From: an uncultured Bacteriovoracaceae bacterium
Lineage (GTDB): Bacteria; Desulfobacterota; Desulfomonilia; UBA1062
Direction of reading: 5' to 3'
DNA length: 64,000 nucleotides
Assembly: GCA_964618975.1 (NCBI GenBank)
Contig: CAZUDI010000003.1
Span: 61,962-125,961, forward strand
Part shown: positions 36,539-47,453 of the stretch, piece by piece
Numbering within the stretch: the stretch's first letter is position 1
Layout: the number at the start of each line of letters is the position of its first letter
Program-made: the position numbers and the translations under genes
The notes under the pieces: model-generated
What the model saw: the letters and a program-made list of their open reading frames with translations, nothing else
Database searches by the model: none
Told to the model about the DNA's origin: nothing

Positions 36539-37703
36539 TCCTCCCGGCCTTATACGATCCCACATACCCAGTCCGGCGTGAACGCTGTTCCATTACGTGC
36601 ACATAGCGGAAGAACTCCCCGTCCTCACACGCGACCAGCATGCCCGAGAGATATTCATTGCCCATGACCGCCGCCAGGGCCTCGGCGAGCGGCTCACCCT
36701 CCCTGGTCAGGGCCAGGGCGTCCAGCACAAGCAGATAGGCATCCGCCGCCAGGGCAGCCCCCGTCGAGATCCTTCCCTCCCGGTGTGCATATTGCGCGAG
36801 ATAGGTCTGCGCCCTCTGCGATGTGGCCTGCGCGGCATAAAAGTCAGTGATGACGTAGCGGTGCGCCTTTTTGGGCACACCCTGGCGCAGGGCGCCAGAA
36901 GCGCTGTCCCCGCCGCAGAGGATGAGGGGGGTTTCGATGGCCAGTTCCAGGGCACTCCTCAGGGGTGCGAGGCTCCCCCCCCCGGGGGCGAAGATCACAT
37001 CCACACGCCCCGCCGCCAGAGACGCGGCCAGGGCCTCGGCCTCGCCGGAGGCGTCTCCCAGAAAGGCCATGCGTTCAATGGCGCCGCCCTGGTTGATGAA
37101 CAGGGCCGAGAACATGCTCGCCAGGCGCACCGACGCACTGTCCTGAGGGTCCACCACCACCACCGCGGTGAATGCGCCCAGTCGGTCGCGGGCAAGACGG
37201 GTAGCGGCCCAGGCCCGGTGTTTGAGTGATGATCCTAGACGCCACAGGTTTGCGGTGCCCCCCCTGACCAGGGGAACCTGGGCCGTTGTCACCAGCAGAG
37301 GCACAGGGTGCGCCTGCAGGAGGGGCTGCGCCGCCCGGACCTCGGCCTCACTCACCCCTCCGATGAGCGCCACGATCCCTTTCTGGGCGAAGAGATCGGC
37401 GAGGGCCTCGCCGGTGCCGGTGGCGTCCCCCCGGGTGTCGCGCAGTACCAGTTCCACGCGATGTGAGCGCACGGTGGGCCAGAGGGTATTCGCCAGGCAC
37501 AGGGCCTGCCACTGCTCTTCACCCTGGGCCTTGAGGTCACCGCTCATGGGCAGGCACACCCCGATCCGTAGGGGCTCGGCCTCAGGATCGGCCGTGGGTG
37601 GCAGCGGCAGATCCTTCTCGAAGCAGCCCCAGACCATGACGAGCAACGCCACGAGCAGCGCCACGAGTTTCGACTTGTCGGCAATGGGATTCATGCCCCC
37701 CAT
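36522..37703 (-). CDS. periplasmic substrate-binding lipoprotein (type-1 PBP, Leu/Ile/Val-binding-like family)
   Basis: Start around 'MGGMNPIADKSKLVALLVALLVMVWGC' (lipobox). 'RIGVCLPMSGDLKAQGEE' and 'VALIGGVSEAEV' are typical of PBP-1. No ABC permease or ATPase genes are adjacent. Confidence 0.6.
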   Translation of the reverse strand: MGGMNPIADKSKLVALLVALLVMVWGCFEKDLPLPPTADPEAEPLRIGVCLPMSGDLKAQGEEQWQALCLANTLWPTVRSHRVELVLRDTRGDATGTGEALADLFAQKGIVALIGGVSEAEVRAAQPLLQAHPVPLLVTTAQVPLVRGGTANLWRLGSSLKHRAWAATRLARDRLGAFTAVVVVDPQDSASVRLASMFSALFINQGGAIERMAFLGDASGEAEALAASLAAGRVDVIFAPGGGSLAPLRSALELAIETPLILCGGDSASGALRQGVPKKAHRYVITDFYAAQATSQRAQTYLAQYAHREGRISTGAALAADAYLLVLDALALTREGEPLAEALAAVMGNEYLSGMLVACEDGEFFRYVHVMEQRSRRTGYVGSYKAGRTISAR

Positions 37704-37857
37704 CTCTACCCGCAAAGGACTCCTCCTGTCCAGCCCTATGGCGCCCGGCTGGCCTTGAGGTCGCCCCACAAGCCCCCGACAGAAGAGGGCCGAGCGGTCT
37801 TGTTCAATGGCACACTTTGTGGTAAAGGGACTTTCCCAATAATCGTGGAGGTGCGCA

Positions 37858-38601
37858 TTGCCAGGCATTCAGGTCGCAGGACACAGGTACGAGACCGACC
37901 TCGTCATCTTTGACAAGGACGGCACCTTGCTGGATTTCCGCGAAACATGGATCGATATCATCCAGGAGCTGATCGCCGCCATCTCTCGGCGCACCCCGGT
38001 CAGCCAGGCCCTTGCGCTGCGCATCCAGAAGGACCTGGGCCTCTCGCTTAAGGCGCGGTCTATCGACGGATGCGGCCCTCTGGCCATGGGGAGTGCAGCC
38101 GAATGCGAGGCCGTGCTCAGCGCCTGCCTCTACCGCGAGGGGTTGCGCTGGGATCAGGCCCTGGCGGTCATTCAGGCCTCCGAGGATGAGGTCTTCGGGG
38201 GCGAATTGCGCGCCTCCCGGCTCAGACCCGCCCACGGTGCCTTGGAACTTCTCAAGATCCTGAAATCCCGCAACATCGCCGTGGCCGTGGCCACCAATGA
38301 CAATGCCGCCGAGGCCCAGAGGGACATGCTGGGTATCGGGGCCAGTGCCTACATCGATCTCGTGGTGGGGGCCGACAGCGTCCCGCGGCCCAAGCCCGCC
38401 CCCGACATGGTCCATCTGATCTGTGAACGGATTGGGGCTTTGCCTCAGCGATCGGTCTTCGTCGGTGACACCATCATGGACGCCCTCACGGGCAGGAATG
38501 CCGGCGTTAGTCTCACGATCGGCGTGAGCGGCATCGTTCCGGCCGAGGTCCTGCGCGAGCACAGCGACGTGGTCATCTCCAGCCTGAGCGACATCGGCTA
38601 A
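37858..38601 (+). CDS. HAD-superfamily hydrolase (phosphatase)
   Basis: Motif I 'LVIFDKDGTLLD', motif III with K, and motif IV 'VFVGDTIMDALTGRNAG'. TTG start with a GGAGGTG RBS. Confidence 0.75.
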   Translation: MPGIQVAGHRYETDLVIFDKDGTLLDFRETWIDIIQELIAAISRRTPVSQALALRIQKDLGLSLKARSIDGCGPLAMGSAAECEAVLSACLYREGLRWDQALAVIQASEDEVFGGELRASRLRPAHGALELLKILKSRNIAVAVATNDNAAEAQRDMLGIGASAYIDLVVGADSVPRPKPAPDMVHLICERIGALPQRSVFVGDTIMDALTGRNAGVSLTIGVSGIVPAEVLREHSDVVISSLSDIG

Positions 38602-38607
38602 TCCGCC

Positions 38608-39015
38608 CTAGTCATCGTCGCGGGGCAGTCGCTCCAGCATTCCGGCGAGGATCCCGGAATGCTCGCGGCAGAGCCTCTCTCCGGTCTGCCTGTCTCGAAC
38701 TGACGTGCCGAAGAAGGCGTTGTGGGCCGCTATCACCCCCCTTAAGGCCGCGAGTTCGTCGCGACCGAGTCCCCTGGCCGCGAAATCCATGCGCAGGAGC
38801 GAGGCGAGCACCCGGTCCTCCAGCAAGGGGGGCGTCTCGTCCTGTCCCGTCTCTCCTTGCAGGCCTTCCTGGCAGAGCCGGATGTGCTCCAGATTGCCCC
38901 TGATCTCTTGCGCCAGATCCCGCAGGAAGAGCCTTCGGGTGTGGCACCGCATCAACCACGGGATAAGCAGCACGGCCGCAAGGGTCACTATCAGGGTAAT
39001 GGTGATGTCACTCAT
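38608..39015 (-). CDS. hypothetical single-pass membrane protein
   Basis: Start at MSDITITLIVTLAAVLLIPWLM (ATG 39015), giving a TM helix followed by a soluble domain. No family recognised. Confidence 0.45.
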   Translation of the reverse strand: MSDITITLIVTLAAVLLIPWLMRCHTRRLFLRDLAQEIRGNLEHIRLCQEGLQGETGQDETPPLLEDRVLASLLRMDFAARGLGRDELAALRGVIAAHNAFFGTSVRDRQTGERLCREHSGILAGMLERLPRDDD

Positions 39016-39244
39016 GCCCTCCCCTTTACCAGAGGTGTGGCGCTGGTGACCAGAAAAACCTGCATCCGAAGTGATGCGCCTGAGCGTGGTATGGCTCTGC
39101 CCGGGTCGGCCTTCGGTGCCCCCCGGCAACCGCAGCGACAAATTTTACTGATTCCGCATGCATTCCGGTTAATTATCGCCCTAGGCCCCCCTCGTGTCCA
39201 GACGCCTGAGACCGGGGGCCCCCACCCGGCCCCATCTGCTTGTG

Positions 39245-39273
39245 TTGACTCCCGGGGGGAAATCTTCTATATA
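39245..39273 (+). promoter_or_regulatory. sigma70 promoter TTGACT-N17-TATATA upstream of lysS
   Basis: TTGACT at 39245-39250, 17-nt spacer, TATATA at 39268-39273. Confidence 0.45.
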
Positions 39274-39292
39274 AGCCTTCGATTTTCAAGAA

Positions 39293-40789
39293 ATGAAAGG
39301 GAGTGCCCCGGTGGAGGATGACAACCGTCTGAGAAAACAGCGCATTGATAAATACCAGATGCTCCAGGAGGAGATGGGGGTCGCCCCCTTCCCCAATACC
39401 TTCCGCAAGGACTCGCTGGTCAGGGACTTTATCGACAGTTATGGAGCCAAGGAGGCCACCGAGCTCGAAAGGGTCACCACGGTGCATCACCTTGCCGGTC
39501 GGATCATGGCCATACGCACGTTCGGGAAGGCGGCCTTCATCCATTTTCAGGATACATCGGGCCAACTCCAGGCCTTCTTCGAGAAGGCCACCGTAGGGGA
39601 AGAAGACTATGCGCTCTTCAAGAAGCTCGATGTCGGGGATATCATCGGGCTGTGGGGCAGCCCGATCAAGACGCGCACCGGCGAGCTGAGCGTGTATGTC
39701 CAGGGCTTCTCCCTGCTCACGAAATCCTACCGCCCGCTGCCGGAAAAATGGCACGGGCTCAAGGATATCGAGACCCGCTATCGCCAGCGCTATGTGGACC
39801 TCATCGTGAGCCCCGAGGTCCGGCAGACCTTCCTGATGCGTACCCGCATTATCCAGTTCCTGCGCTCATACATGGATTCCCGCGGCTTCCTCGAGGTGGA
39901 AACCCCCATGATGCACCCGCTGGCCGGAGGTGCCGCGGCCCAGCCTTTCAAGACCCACCACAACGCCCTCGACATGGACCTGTACATGCGCATCGCGCCC
40001 GAACTCTACCTGAAACGGCTCCTGGTCGGCGGATTCGAGCGGGTCTACGAGGTCAACCGCAACTTCCGCAACGAGGGCATCTCCACCAAGCACAACCCGG
40101 AATTCACCATGATGGAATTCTACCAGGCCTATGCGGACTATACCGATCTCATGGATCTCACCGAAGACATGTTCTCGAAACTGGCCTGCGAGATCTGCGG
40201 GGACATGCGGCTGACCTATCAGGGCACGCCCATCGACCTCACCCCGCCCTGGCAGCGCTACACTATGCAGGAGGCCACCGTCACCATCGGCGGGGTCGCC
40301 CCAGAGGTGCTTCGAGACCATGACAGGGCCCGTGCCTACTGCCGGGAACTCGGGCTCGATCTTGCGGGGGACGAACCCCTGGGAGAGATGCAGACGCTCA
40401 TCTTCGAGGCCACCACCGAGGCAAAGCTCACGGGTCCGGCCTTCATCACCGCCTACCCCATCGAGATCTCTCCGCTGTCGCGCCCGAACAATGACGATCC
40501 GGGCGTGGTGGATCGTTTCGAGCTCTTTATCGCCGGACGCGAGTACGCCAATGCCTTCAGCGAGCTGAACGATCCCCTCGACCAGAAAGAGCGCTTTCTC
40601 GAGCAGCTCCGGCACAAGCAGGGACCCGGCGCGATCGACGAGGATTACGTCCGGGCCCTGGAATACGGCATGCCGCCTGCGGCGGGTGAGGGCATCGGCA
40701 TCGACCGGCTCGTGATGCTCATGACCGACAGCCCCTCCATTCGGGACGTTATCCTGTTTCCGTTGTTACGTAAAGGAGATGTGTACTGA
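39293..40789 (+). CDS. lysS: lysine--tRNA ligase (class II)
   Basis: OB-fold anticodon-binding N-terminus; class II motifs 'FRNEGISTKHNPEFTMMEFY' and 'GIGIDRLVMLMTDSPSIRDVILFP'. The start may instead be GTG 39311 (AAGGGAG RBS 8 nt upstream). Confidence 0.95.
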   Translation: MKGSAPVEDDNRLRKQRIDKYQMLQEEMGVAPFPNTFRKDSLVRDFIDSYGAKEATELERVTTVHHLAGRIMAIRTFGKAAFIHFQDTSGQLQAFFEKATVGEEDYALFKKLDVGDIIGLWGSPIKTRTGELSVYVQGFSLLTKSYRPLPEKWHGLKDIETRYRQRYVDLIVSPEVRQTFLMRTRIIQFLRSYMDSRGFLEVETPMMHPLAGGAAAQPFKTHHNALDMDLYMRIAPELYLKRLLVGGFERVYEVNRNFRNEGISTKHNPEFTMMEFYQAYADYTDLMDLTEDMFSKLACEICGDMRLTYQGTPIDLTPPWQRYTMQEATVTIGGVAPEVLRDHDRARAYCRELGLDLAGDEPLGEMQTLIFEATTEAKLTGPAFITAYPIEISPLSRPNNDDPGVVDRFELFIAGREYANAFSELNDPLDQKERFLEQLRHKQGPGAIDEDYVRALEYGMPPAAGEGIGIDRLVMLMTDSPSIRDVILFPLLRKGDVY

Positions 40790-42021
40790 AATTCGAACTG
40801 TTTGTCGCTAAACGTTATCTCCGCGCGAAGAAGGCTCAAGGATTCATCAGCTTCACCTCGGGGCTCTCGGTGTTCGGAATTGCGATCGGTGTCATGGCGC
40901 TGATCGTGGTGCTCTCCGTCATGAACGGCTTCGAGGATGACATCAAGAACAAGATCCTCGGCACCCAGTCGCACCTGATCGTCTCCAGCTACTCGGGGGG
41001 CATCGACGCCCCCGACGCCCTGATGGAGCGCATCACCCGGGACCCTGGGGTACGCGGGGCCACCCCCTTCATCCTCTCCCAGGGGCTGATCACCGCCGCC
41101 GGCGGGATCAGGGGGGCCGTGATCCGGGGCATCGATCCGGTCAGTGCCCCGGAGGTCATCCGTATCCGAGACATCATTACCGCGGGTGACTTCGATTCTC
41201 TGGGGGACACCGGGGTGCTCGTCGGCTCCGAACTGGCCCTGCAGGCGGGCATCCACGTGGGGGATGCCCTCACCCTGGTCTCGCCCGCCGGGACCATCAC
41301 CCCGCTGGGCATGATCCCCCGCTCCAGTGTCTTCGTCGTCCGCGGTCTGTTTTCCACCGGCATGTACGAGTTCGACGCCAATATGGCCTATATCTCACTG
41401 GAGGCCGCCAAAAAGCTCTTCATGCAGGAGCACCCCTCCGGCATCGAGGTCAAGGTGGCCGACATCTACCGCGCCCAGGAAGTGGCCCAGCGGCTGATGC
41501 AGGACCTGGGTCCGGGATACTGGATCAAGACGTGGAAGGATATGAATCGCAGCCTGTTCTCCGCCCTGCGGCTGGAGAAGACGGTCATGTTCATCATCCT
41601 GCTCTTCATCATTCTGGTGGCCGCCTTCAGCATCATCAGTACCCTCATCATGCTCGTGATGGAGAAACGCAAGGACATCGCCATCCTCAAATCCATGGGG
41701 GCCACCACCTCCCAGATCCTGATAATCTTCATGAATCTGGGCATGGTGATCGGAATCTCCGGGACCCTGCTGGGGCTGGGCCTGGGACTGGGGTTGGCCT
41801 ACCATCTCGACCTGGTGGTGGCCGGCGTGGAAGGCATCATCGGCATCGAGGTCATGCCCAAGGACGTCTACTACATCACCGGGCTGCCCACCAAGGTGAA
41901 CCTCCTCCAGGTGGGTCTGATCACCCTGATGGCCCTGCTGCTCTCCTTCCTGGCCACCATTCATCCGGCCCGCCAGGCCGCCCGGCAGGACCCCGTGGAG
42001 GTCATGCGCTATGAAGGCTGA
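40786..42021 (+). CDS. lolC: lipoprotein-releasing system permease LolC/LolE (FtsX-like)
   Basis: 'KFELFVAKRYLRAKKAQGFISFTSGLSVFGIAIGVMALIVVLSVMNGF' is the conserved LolC/E N-terminus. No in-frame ATG or GTG exists between the upstream stop (40771) and this sequence, so a CTG at 40786 (AAGGAGA RBS 6 nt upstream) or another non-canonical start is implied. The start overlaps the lysS stop. Confidence 0.8.
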   Translation: MKFELFVAKRYLRAKKAQGFISFTSGLSVFGIAIGVMALIVVLSVMNGFEDDIKNKILGTQSHLIVSSYSGGIDAPDALMERITRDPGVRGATPFILSQGLITAAGGIRGAVIRGIDPVSAPEVIRIRDIITAGDFDSLGDTGVLVGSELALQAGIHVGDALTLVSPAGTITPLGMIPRSSVFVVRGLFSTGMYEFDANMAYISLEAAKKLFMQEHPSGIEVKVADIYRAQEVAQRLMQDLGPGYWIKTWKDMNRSLFSALRLEKTVMFIILLFIILVAAFSIISTLIMLVMEKRKDIAILKSMGATTSQILIIFMNLGMVIGISGTLLGLGLGLGLAYHLDLVVAGVEGIIGIEVMPKDVYYITGLPTKVNLLQVGLITLMALLLSFLATIHPARQAARQDPVEVMRYEG

Positions 42022-42700
42022 TCCCATCATCAAGGTGAACGGGCTCCATAAATCCTTCCCCCGGGGTCCGGAGGTCATCCATGTCCTCACGGGCGTCGAG
42101 ATGACCATCGGGCGCGGAGAGGGCCTGGCCGTGGTGGGGGCCTCGGGCAGCGGCAAGAGCACCCTGCTCCACCTGCTCGGCGGCCTGGAACACCCGGACA
42201 AGGGCAGCATCCTCTACGGGGAGAGGGAGCTCGCACGCCTCAAGACCGACGAACTGGCCGCCTTCCGCAACCAGACGATCGGTTTCGTGTTCCAGTTCCA
42301 TTTCCTGTTGCCCGAATTCACGGCCTTTGAAAACGTGCTGATGCCGGCGCTCCTGGCATACCCCCGCCCCCGGGATCACGGGGAGCGGGCCGCGGAACTG
42401 CTGCAGATCATGGGCCTGGAGAACCGTAGTCAGCACAAACCCGGGCAGCTCTCCGGGGGGGAACAGCAGCGGGTGGCCCTGGCCCGGGCCCTGATGATGA
42501 ACCCGGCCGTGCTCCTGGCGGACGAACCGACCGGCGACCTGGACCCCGAAACCGGCGAGCGCATGCGCGACCTGCTCATCTCGCTCAAGGAACGCCTGCA
42601 GCTAACCATGGTCATCGCCACCCACAACCTCGGCCTGGCACAGGCCATGGACAGAATCGTCATGCTCAAAGGAGGGCGACTTGAGCCGTACGAAAGGTAG
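42011..42700 (+). CDS. lolD: lipoprotein-releasing system ATP-binding protein LolD
   Basis: Walker A 'GASGSGKST', ABC signature '[15 protein letters not shown]', Walker B '[11 protein letters not shown]'. Its ATG overlaps the lolC stop (ATGA). Confidence 0.9.
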   Translation: MKADPIIKVNGLHKSFPRGPEVIHVLTGVEMTIGRGEGLAVVGASGSGKSTLLHLLGGLEHPDKGSILYGERELARLKTDELAAFRNQTIGFVFQFHFLLPEFTAFENVLMPALLAYPRPRDHGERAAELLQIMGLENRSQHKPGQLSGGEQQRVALARALMMNPAVLLADEPTGDLDPETGERMRDLLISLKERLQLTMVIATHNLGLAQAMDRIVMLKGGRLEPYER

Positions 42701-45107
42701 CATCGGCGTCCTTTCTCTGATCCTTATCCTCTTCCCGGCAGTGCTCATGGCCCAGAAGGTTGAGCTTTTCACCGATGACCAGGAGATCCTGGACCTGCTC
42801 GCGGATATCTCCTGCATTCAGGTTGCCGAGAAGGGGGGCACCTCCCTGCGTCTCAGTCGGGAGGGCAGCCTCTTTGTCGTTCAGGACACCCTGGGTGTCA
42901 CCTACCGGGCCCCTTCACCGCAGGAGGCGCTCGATGGATACCTCCGGCTCAAGGGCATCTGCCTGATCGAAGAGGTCAAAATAATCGGCACTCAGCGCAT
43001 CTCACCGGAGGCCATCCGCTTCCGGATCAAATCCGCCCGCGGGGATATCCTCCACCGACAGTCCGTCCGCGCCGACATCGAGGAAATCTACGCCATGGGA
43101 TATTTCGAGAGCTGCAACGGCACCTTCGAGGAGGGGGTCCTCACCTTCGAGGTCAAGGAGTACCCGGTCATCGTCTCCATCGAGGCTGAGGGCAACAAGA
43201 AGATCGACGACGACAAGATCCTCGAGTCCATCGGCCTGAAACGCTTCGACATCCTCAATACGCGCCTGCTCAAGACCAGTGTCGACCGCATCCAGGCCCT
43301 GTACCGCGAGAAGGGCTACTACAATGTGGAGGTGGATTCATCCCGAGAGCTCACCGACGGGGGGATCGTGCTCACCTTCGAGATCGATGAGAACAAACGT
43401 CTCTTCGTGAAGAAGGTCCTTTTCGACGGCAACGCGCACGTCCCGGACAAGAAGCTCCGCAAGGTCATGGAGACCAAGAACCGCTGGTGGCTCGGTCTCT
43501 TCTCGCATCCGGGTTCCTACATGGACGAGACCCTGGATACGGACCTCCTGCGCATCGAACAGTACTATGGCGACCAGGGATATATCGAGGCCCGGGTGGG
43601 TCGACCCCAAGTGGAGGTCGGAGAGAAGGGAATTTTCATTACCATCCCCGTCGAGGAGGGCCCCCTGTTCCACATCGGGGCGCTCGAGGTTACCGGGGAC
43701 CTCATCCGCCCCCGGGAAGAGCTCATCGAGGCCCTGGATCTGAAAAGCGGGGATGTCATGAGCAAAAGCAGGATCCACCTGGGGATCGAGCACCTGCGGG
43801 ACATCTATATGGACGAGGGCTATGCCTTTGTCCAGATCCAGACACAGAGCAAGGTCGAGGGCACCACGGTGGCGCTGACCTTCGACATCCGCAAGATGAA
43901 TCCCGTGCACATCGGAGAGATCACGATCCAGGGCAACACCAAGACGCGCGACAAGGTCATCCGGCGCGAATTGCAGCTGGAAGAAAGCGACCTCTTCTCA
44001 TCAAGCGCGCTCAAACGCAGCAACGACCGTCTGAACCGCCTCGGCTACTTCTCCTCGGTAGAGATCGAGCCCACTCCCGGCCCGGACGACACCATGTCCC
44101 TGCGGGTCAAAACCGAAGAGACCACCACTGGCGCTTTCTCCTTCGGCCTGGCCTACTCGAGCGAGGACAAGGTCACCGGCACCCTGGAGCTCAGCGAAAA
44201 CAACCTCAAGGGGCTGGGGCTCAAAACCAAGCTGGCAATGGAGTATGGACAGGAAAAAAAGAAGTACACCCTGGACATCGAGGAGCCCTGGCTCATGGAT
44301 TACCCCGTCTCCCTGGGATGCCGTCTCTACAGCCAGGAGAAGGAGGAGCTCTACTACACCAAGGAATCCCGGGGCGGCAATATCCGCCTGAGCTATCCCC
44401 TCTTCGAGGAGGTACGCCACTTCATCGCCTATACCTATGAGGAGGTTACCGGGCTGAGCGATATTGACCCCACCTACCGCTACCTGCTGACGGCAGACGA
44501 TATCGACGGCTATCTCACCTCCAGTGTCACCAACACCCTCTACCGCGATACGACCAACGATTTCTACCGCCCCACACGCGGTTCGGACCTCTCCTTCTCC
44601 CTGCAGTACGCCGGGCTGGGCGGCGACTACCACTTTACGCGCACCTCTCTCAAGGCAGCGCAATTCTTCCCGATCTACAAGGACAAAGTGGCCTTGATGT
44701 TGAAACTCAGATGGGGTACCATTAACGGGTCCAAGGGTGATGATGTGCCCATAGACGAAAAGTATACCCTGGGCGGAATGAATACCATCCGGGGTTTCAG
44801 ATACGGCGAGATCGGGCCTCAGGACGTTTATGGCAATGTCATCGGGGGGGACAGGATGTTCATTTTCAATACCGAGGTCACCTTCCCCATCGGCGGTGTG
44901 CCCGGTCTCTCGGGGCTGGTCTTCTACGATGCCGGCAATGCCTACAACAAACGCATCGACCTCGGGAACATCAAGCAGGCTTACGGCGGCGGCTTCCGCT
45001 GGGTGACACCCATGGGACCTCTGCGGCTGGAATACGGCAAGGTTATCTCTCCAGAGTCCGGAGAATCCAACGGACGCTGGGATTTCACCATTGGAACATT
45101 TTTCTAA
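42681..45107 (+). CDS. bamA: outer membrane protein assembly factor BamA
   Basis: 808 aa. TTG start after AAAGGAGGG; signal peptide, POTRA repeats, and a C-terminal beta-barrel ending '...WDFTIGTFF' (terminal aromatic). Confidence 0.9.
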   Translation: MSRTKGSIGVLSLILILFPAVLMAQKVELFTDDQEILDLLADISCIQVAEKGGTSLRLSREGSLFVVQDTLGVTYRAPSPQEALDGYLRLKGICLIEEVKIIGTQRISPEAIRFRIKSARGDILHRQSVRADIEEIYAMGYFESCNGTFEEGVLTFEVKEYPVIVSIEAEGNKKIDDDKILESIGLKRFDILNTRLLKTSVDRIQALYREKGYYNVEVDSSRELTDGGIVLTFEIDENKRLFVKKVLFDGNAHVPDKKLRKVMETKNRWWLGLFSHPGSYMDETLDTDLLRIEQYYGDQGYIEARVGRPQVEVGEKGIFITIPVEEGPLFHIGALEVTGDLIRPREELIEALDLKSGDVMSKSRIHLGIEHLRDIYMDEGYAFVQIQTQSKVEGTTVALTFDIRKMNPVHIGEITIQGNTKTRDKVIRRELQLEESDLFSSSALKRSNDRLNRLGYFSSVEIEPTPGPDDTMSLRVKTEETTTGAFSFGLAYSSEDKVTGTLELSENNLKGLGLKTKLAMEYGQEKKKYTLDIEEPWLMDYPVSLGCRLYSQEKEELYYTKESRGGNIRLSYPLFEEVRHFIAYTYEEVTGLSDIDPTYRYLLTADDIDGYLTSSVTNTLYRDTTNDFYRPTRGSDLSFSLQYAGLGGDYHFTRTSLKAAQFFPIYKDKVALMLKLRWGTINGSKGDDVPIDEKYTLGGMNTIRGFRYGEIGPQDVYGNVIGGDRMFIFNTEVTFPIGGVPGLSGLVFYDAGNAYNKRIDLGNIKQAYGGGFRWVTPMGPLRLEYGKVISPESGESNGRWDFTIGTFF

Positions 45108-45133
45108 GGAAATCATAGAACGGAGGAACATGT

Positions 45134-45676
45134 ATGAAAAAAACGGTGTCGGTGCTCACCACCCTGAGCATGCTGCTGATCCTGATCCCTTGCGCCTATG
45201 CCGCGGAGTACAAAATCGCGGTGGTGGACAAACAGAAACTCCTGCTGGAAAGCCAGGCCGGCAAGGATGCCCTAGCAGAGCTGGAACAGGTACAGAAGGA
45301 GAAGGAGGCGGAAATCAACCAGAAGCGCGAGGCCATCCGCAAGCTCGAAGAGGAGATCTCGATCAAGGGACTCACCATGAGCGATGCCGCCAAGGAGGAG
45401 CTCGAGCTGCGCCATCAGCAGATGACGCGCGAGATGAACCGCTTCTTCCAGGACGCCCAGGAGGACTGGAAGCGCAGCCAGATCACGCTGCTCAAGCCCA
45501 TCAGTGACGCCCTGGACGAACTAATAACCAACTACGGCCAGGAACACGGACTGGACCTCATCATCGACAGACGCACCCCGGGCGTGCTCTTTTCCGCCGA
45601 CGGGATCGACATCACCCCGGGCATCCTGGCCCTCTACGACAAGCTCTACCAGGAGAAGAAGGCCAAGAAAGAGTAG
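45134..45676 (+). CDS. skp: periplasmic chaperone Skp (OmpH)
   Basis: Signal peptide followed by 'KIAVVDKQKLLLESQAGKDALAELEQVQKEKEAEIN', the OmpH coiled-coil tentacle sequence. Immediately downstream of bamA. Confidence 0.85.
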   Translation: MKKTVSVLTTLSMLLILIPCAYAAEYKIAVVDKQKLLLESQAGKDALAELEQVQKEKEAEINQKREAIRKLEEEISIKGLTMSDAAKEELELRHQQMTREMNRFFQDAQEDWKRSQITLLKPISDALDELITNYGQEHGLDLIIDRRTPGVLFSADGIDITPGILALYDKLYQEKKAKKE

Positions 45677-45679
45677 CCC

Positions 45680-46690
45680 ATGCGTTTGAGCGAGCTGGCA
45701 TATTCCGTCGCGGGCCGCCTGCGGGGCGAGGATCGCGAGATCACCGGGGCCTCGACCCTCGAGGAGGCCCAGAGGGGTGACATCACCTTCCTGGCCAATC
45801 CGCGCTACAAGGCCCAGGCCCTCAAGACCTCCGCCGGGGCGATCCTCGTGTCCGAGGAGCTTGACAGCCCCATATCCCAGGTCATCGTGGGCAACCCCTA
45901 TCTGGCCTTTGCCGAGGTCCTCGACCGGCTCTACCCCCCCCGGGAACACCCTGCCGGGATCGCGAAGGAGGCCTGCGTGGCGCCGAGCGCCCGCGTGGAC
46001 AGGGGTGCCAGCATCGGTGCGCACGTCTTCATCGGTGCAGACGCCCACATCGGGGAAGACTGCATCATCTATCCGGGATGTTTTATCGGTGACGGGGTGC
46101 GCATCGGGAAGGAGTGTGTGCTGTACCCCCAGGTGGTGGTGTATGACGGCTGTCTGATCGGGAGCTCCTGCATCATCCATGCCGGCAGCGTCATCGGCTC
46201 GGACGGGTTCGGTTTCACCTGGGACGGCCAGCGTCACCGCAAGATCCGCCAGAAGGGCATCGTGGTCCTCGGCGACGGGGTCGAGATCGGCAGCAACTGT
46301 ACCATCGACCGCGCCGCACTCACGCGCACAATCGTGGGCACGGACGTCAAGACCGACAACCTCGTGCACATCGGCCACAACGTCGTGGTGGGGGATCACA
46401 CCCTCATCGTGGCGCAGAGCGGAATCGCCGGCAGCGCCCGCATCGGCAACCACGTCACCCTGGCTGGACAGTGCGGGGTCATCGGACACATCACTATCGG
46501 GGATTACTGCGTGGCCGCCTCGCGCGCGGGCATCACCGCGGATCTCAAACCCGGCAGCATCGTCTCCGGTTATCCGGCAATCGACCACAAGCAGTGGCTG
46601 CGGGTGCAGAAGGTGTACAAGGAGCTCCCCGAGCTCCTCCGACGCGTGCGCGAGTTGGAAAGGAGACTGGATGTCCACGGTGACGATTGA
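45680..46690 (+). CDS. lpxD: UDP-3-O-acylglucosamine N-acyltransferase
   Basis: LpxD N-terminal domain ('ITGASTLEEAQRGDITFLANPRYK') followed by left-handed beta-helix hexapeptide repeats. Conserved position after skp. Confidence 0.9.
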   Translation: MRLSELAYSVAGRLRGEDREITGASTLEEAQRGDITFLANPRYKAQALKTSAGAILVSEELDSPISQVIVGNPYLAFAEVLDRLYPPREHPAGIAKEACVAPSARVDRGASIGAHVFIGADAHIGEDCIIYPGCFIGDGVRIGKECVLYPQVVVYDGCLIGSSCIIHAGSVIGSDGFGFTWDGQRHRKIRQKGIVVLGDGVEIGSNCTIDRAALTRTIVGTDVKTDNLVHIGHNVVVGDHTLIVAQSGIAGSARIGNHVTLAGQCGVIGHITIGDYCVAASRAGITADLKPGSIVSGYPAIDHKQWLRVQKVYKELPELLRRVRELERRLDVHGDD

Positions 46691-47453
46691 TCCCACGGCC
46701 TGTGTCTCACCCCGGGCCGAGCTGGAAACGGGCGTGCGCGTGGGGCCCTACAGCGTCATCGAGGACGAGGTCCACATCGGTGCCGGCACCTTTATCGGCC
46801 CCCACTGCCTGATCCAGGGTCCCTCCCGCATCGGAGCCCAGTGCACCTTCACGGGCTACGCCAGCATCGGCACCCCCCCTCAGGACCACAGCTACCGGGG
46901 GGAGAAGACCTCCCTGGTCATGGGCGACCACAACACCGTGCGCGAGTTCGCGACCATCAACCGCGGGACCCTCAAGGACAAGGGGATCACCCGCGTGGGC
47001 AGCGGCAACCTCATCATGGCCTATGCGCACGTGGCCCACGACTGCATCGTGGAGGACCACATCGTGATGGGCAACCTCGCCACCCTGGCGGGGCACGCCC
47101 AGGTGGGCCACCACGCCATCATCGGGGGGCTCTCCGCCGTGCACCAGTTCACCCGGATAGGCGCCTATGCCATCCTCGGCGGCGGTTCCATGGTGAGCCT
47201 CGACATCGTCCCCTTTGCCAAGGCCTCGGGCAATCGCGCGCGGCTCTTCGGGCTCAACTCCATCGGCCTCAAACGCAACGGCTTTACCCCCGAAGCGGTC
47301 CGCGACCTGCGGCAGGCCTTCCGCCTGCTCTTCCAGAAGGGCCTGCTGCTCGCCGAGGCCCTGTCCCTCCTTAGCAGCACCTTTCCCGACTCCGAACACA
47401 TCGCCCATCTGATCGACTTTATCGAGTGCTCAAAGCGGGGGATCGCCCGATGA
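46671..47453 (+). CDS. lpxA: acyl-ACP--UDP-N-acetylglucosamine O-acyltransferase
   Basis: Start at MSTVTIDPTA (ATG 46671) after GGAAAGGAG. 'IDPTACVSPRAELETGVRVGPYSVIEDEVHIGAGTFIGPH' is the canonical LpxA LbH N-terminus. Overlaps the lpxD 3' end by 20 nt. Confidence 0.9.
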   Translation: MSTVTIDPTACVSPRAELETGVRVGPYSVIEDEVHIGAGTFIGPHCLIQGPSRIGAQCTFTGYASIGTPPQDHSYRGEKTSLVMGDHNTVREFATINRGTLKDKGITRVGSGNLIMAYAHVAHDCIVEDHIVMGNLATLAGHAQVGHHAIIGGLSAVHQFTRIGAYAILGGGSMVSLDIVPFAKASGNRARLFGLNSIGLKRNGFTPEAVRDLRQAFRLLFQKGLLLAEALSLLSSTFPDSEHIAHLIDFIECSKRGIAR

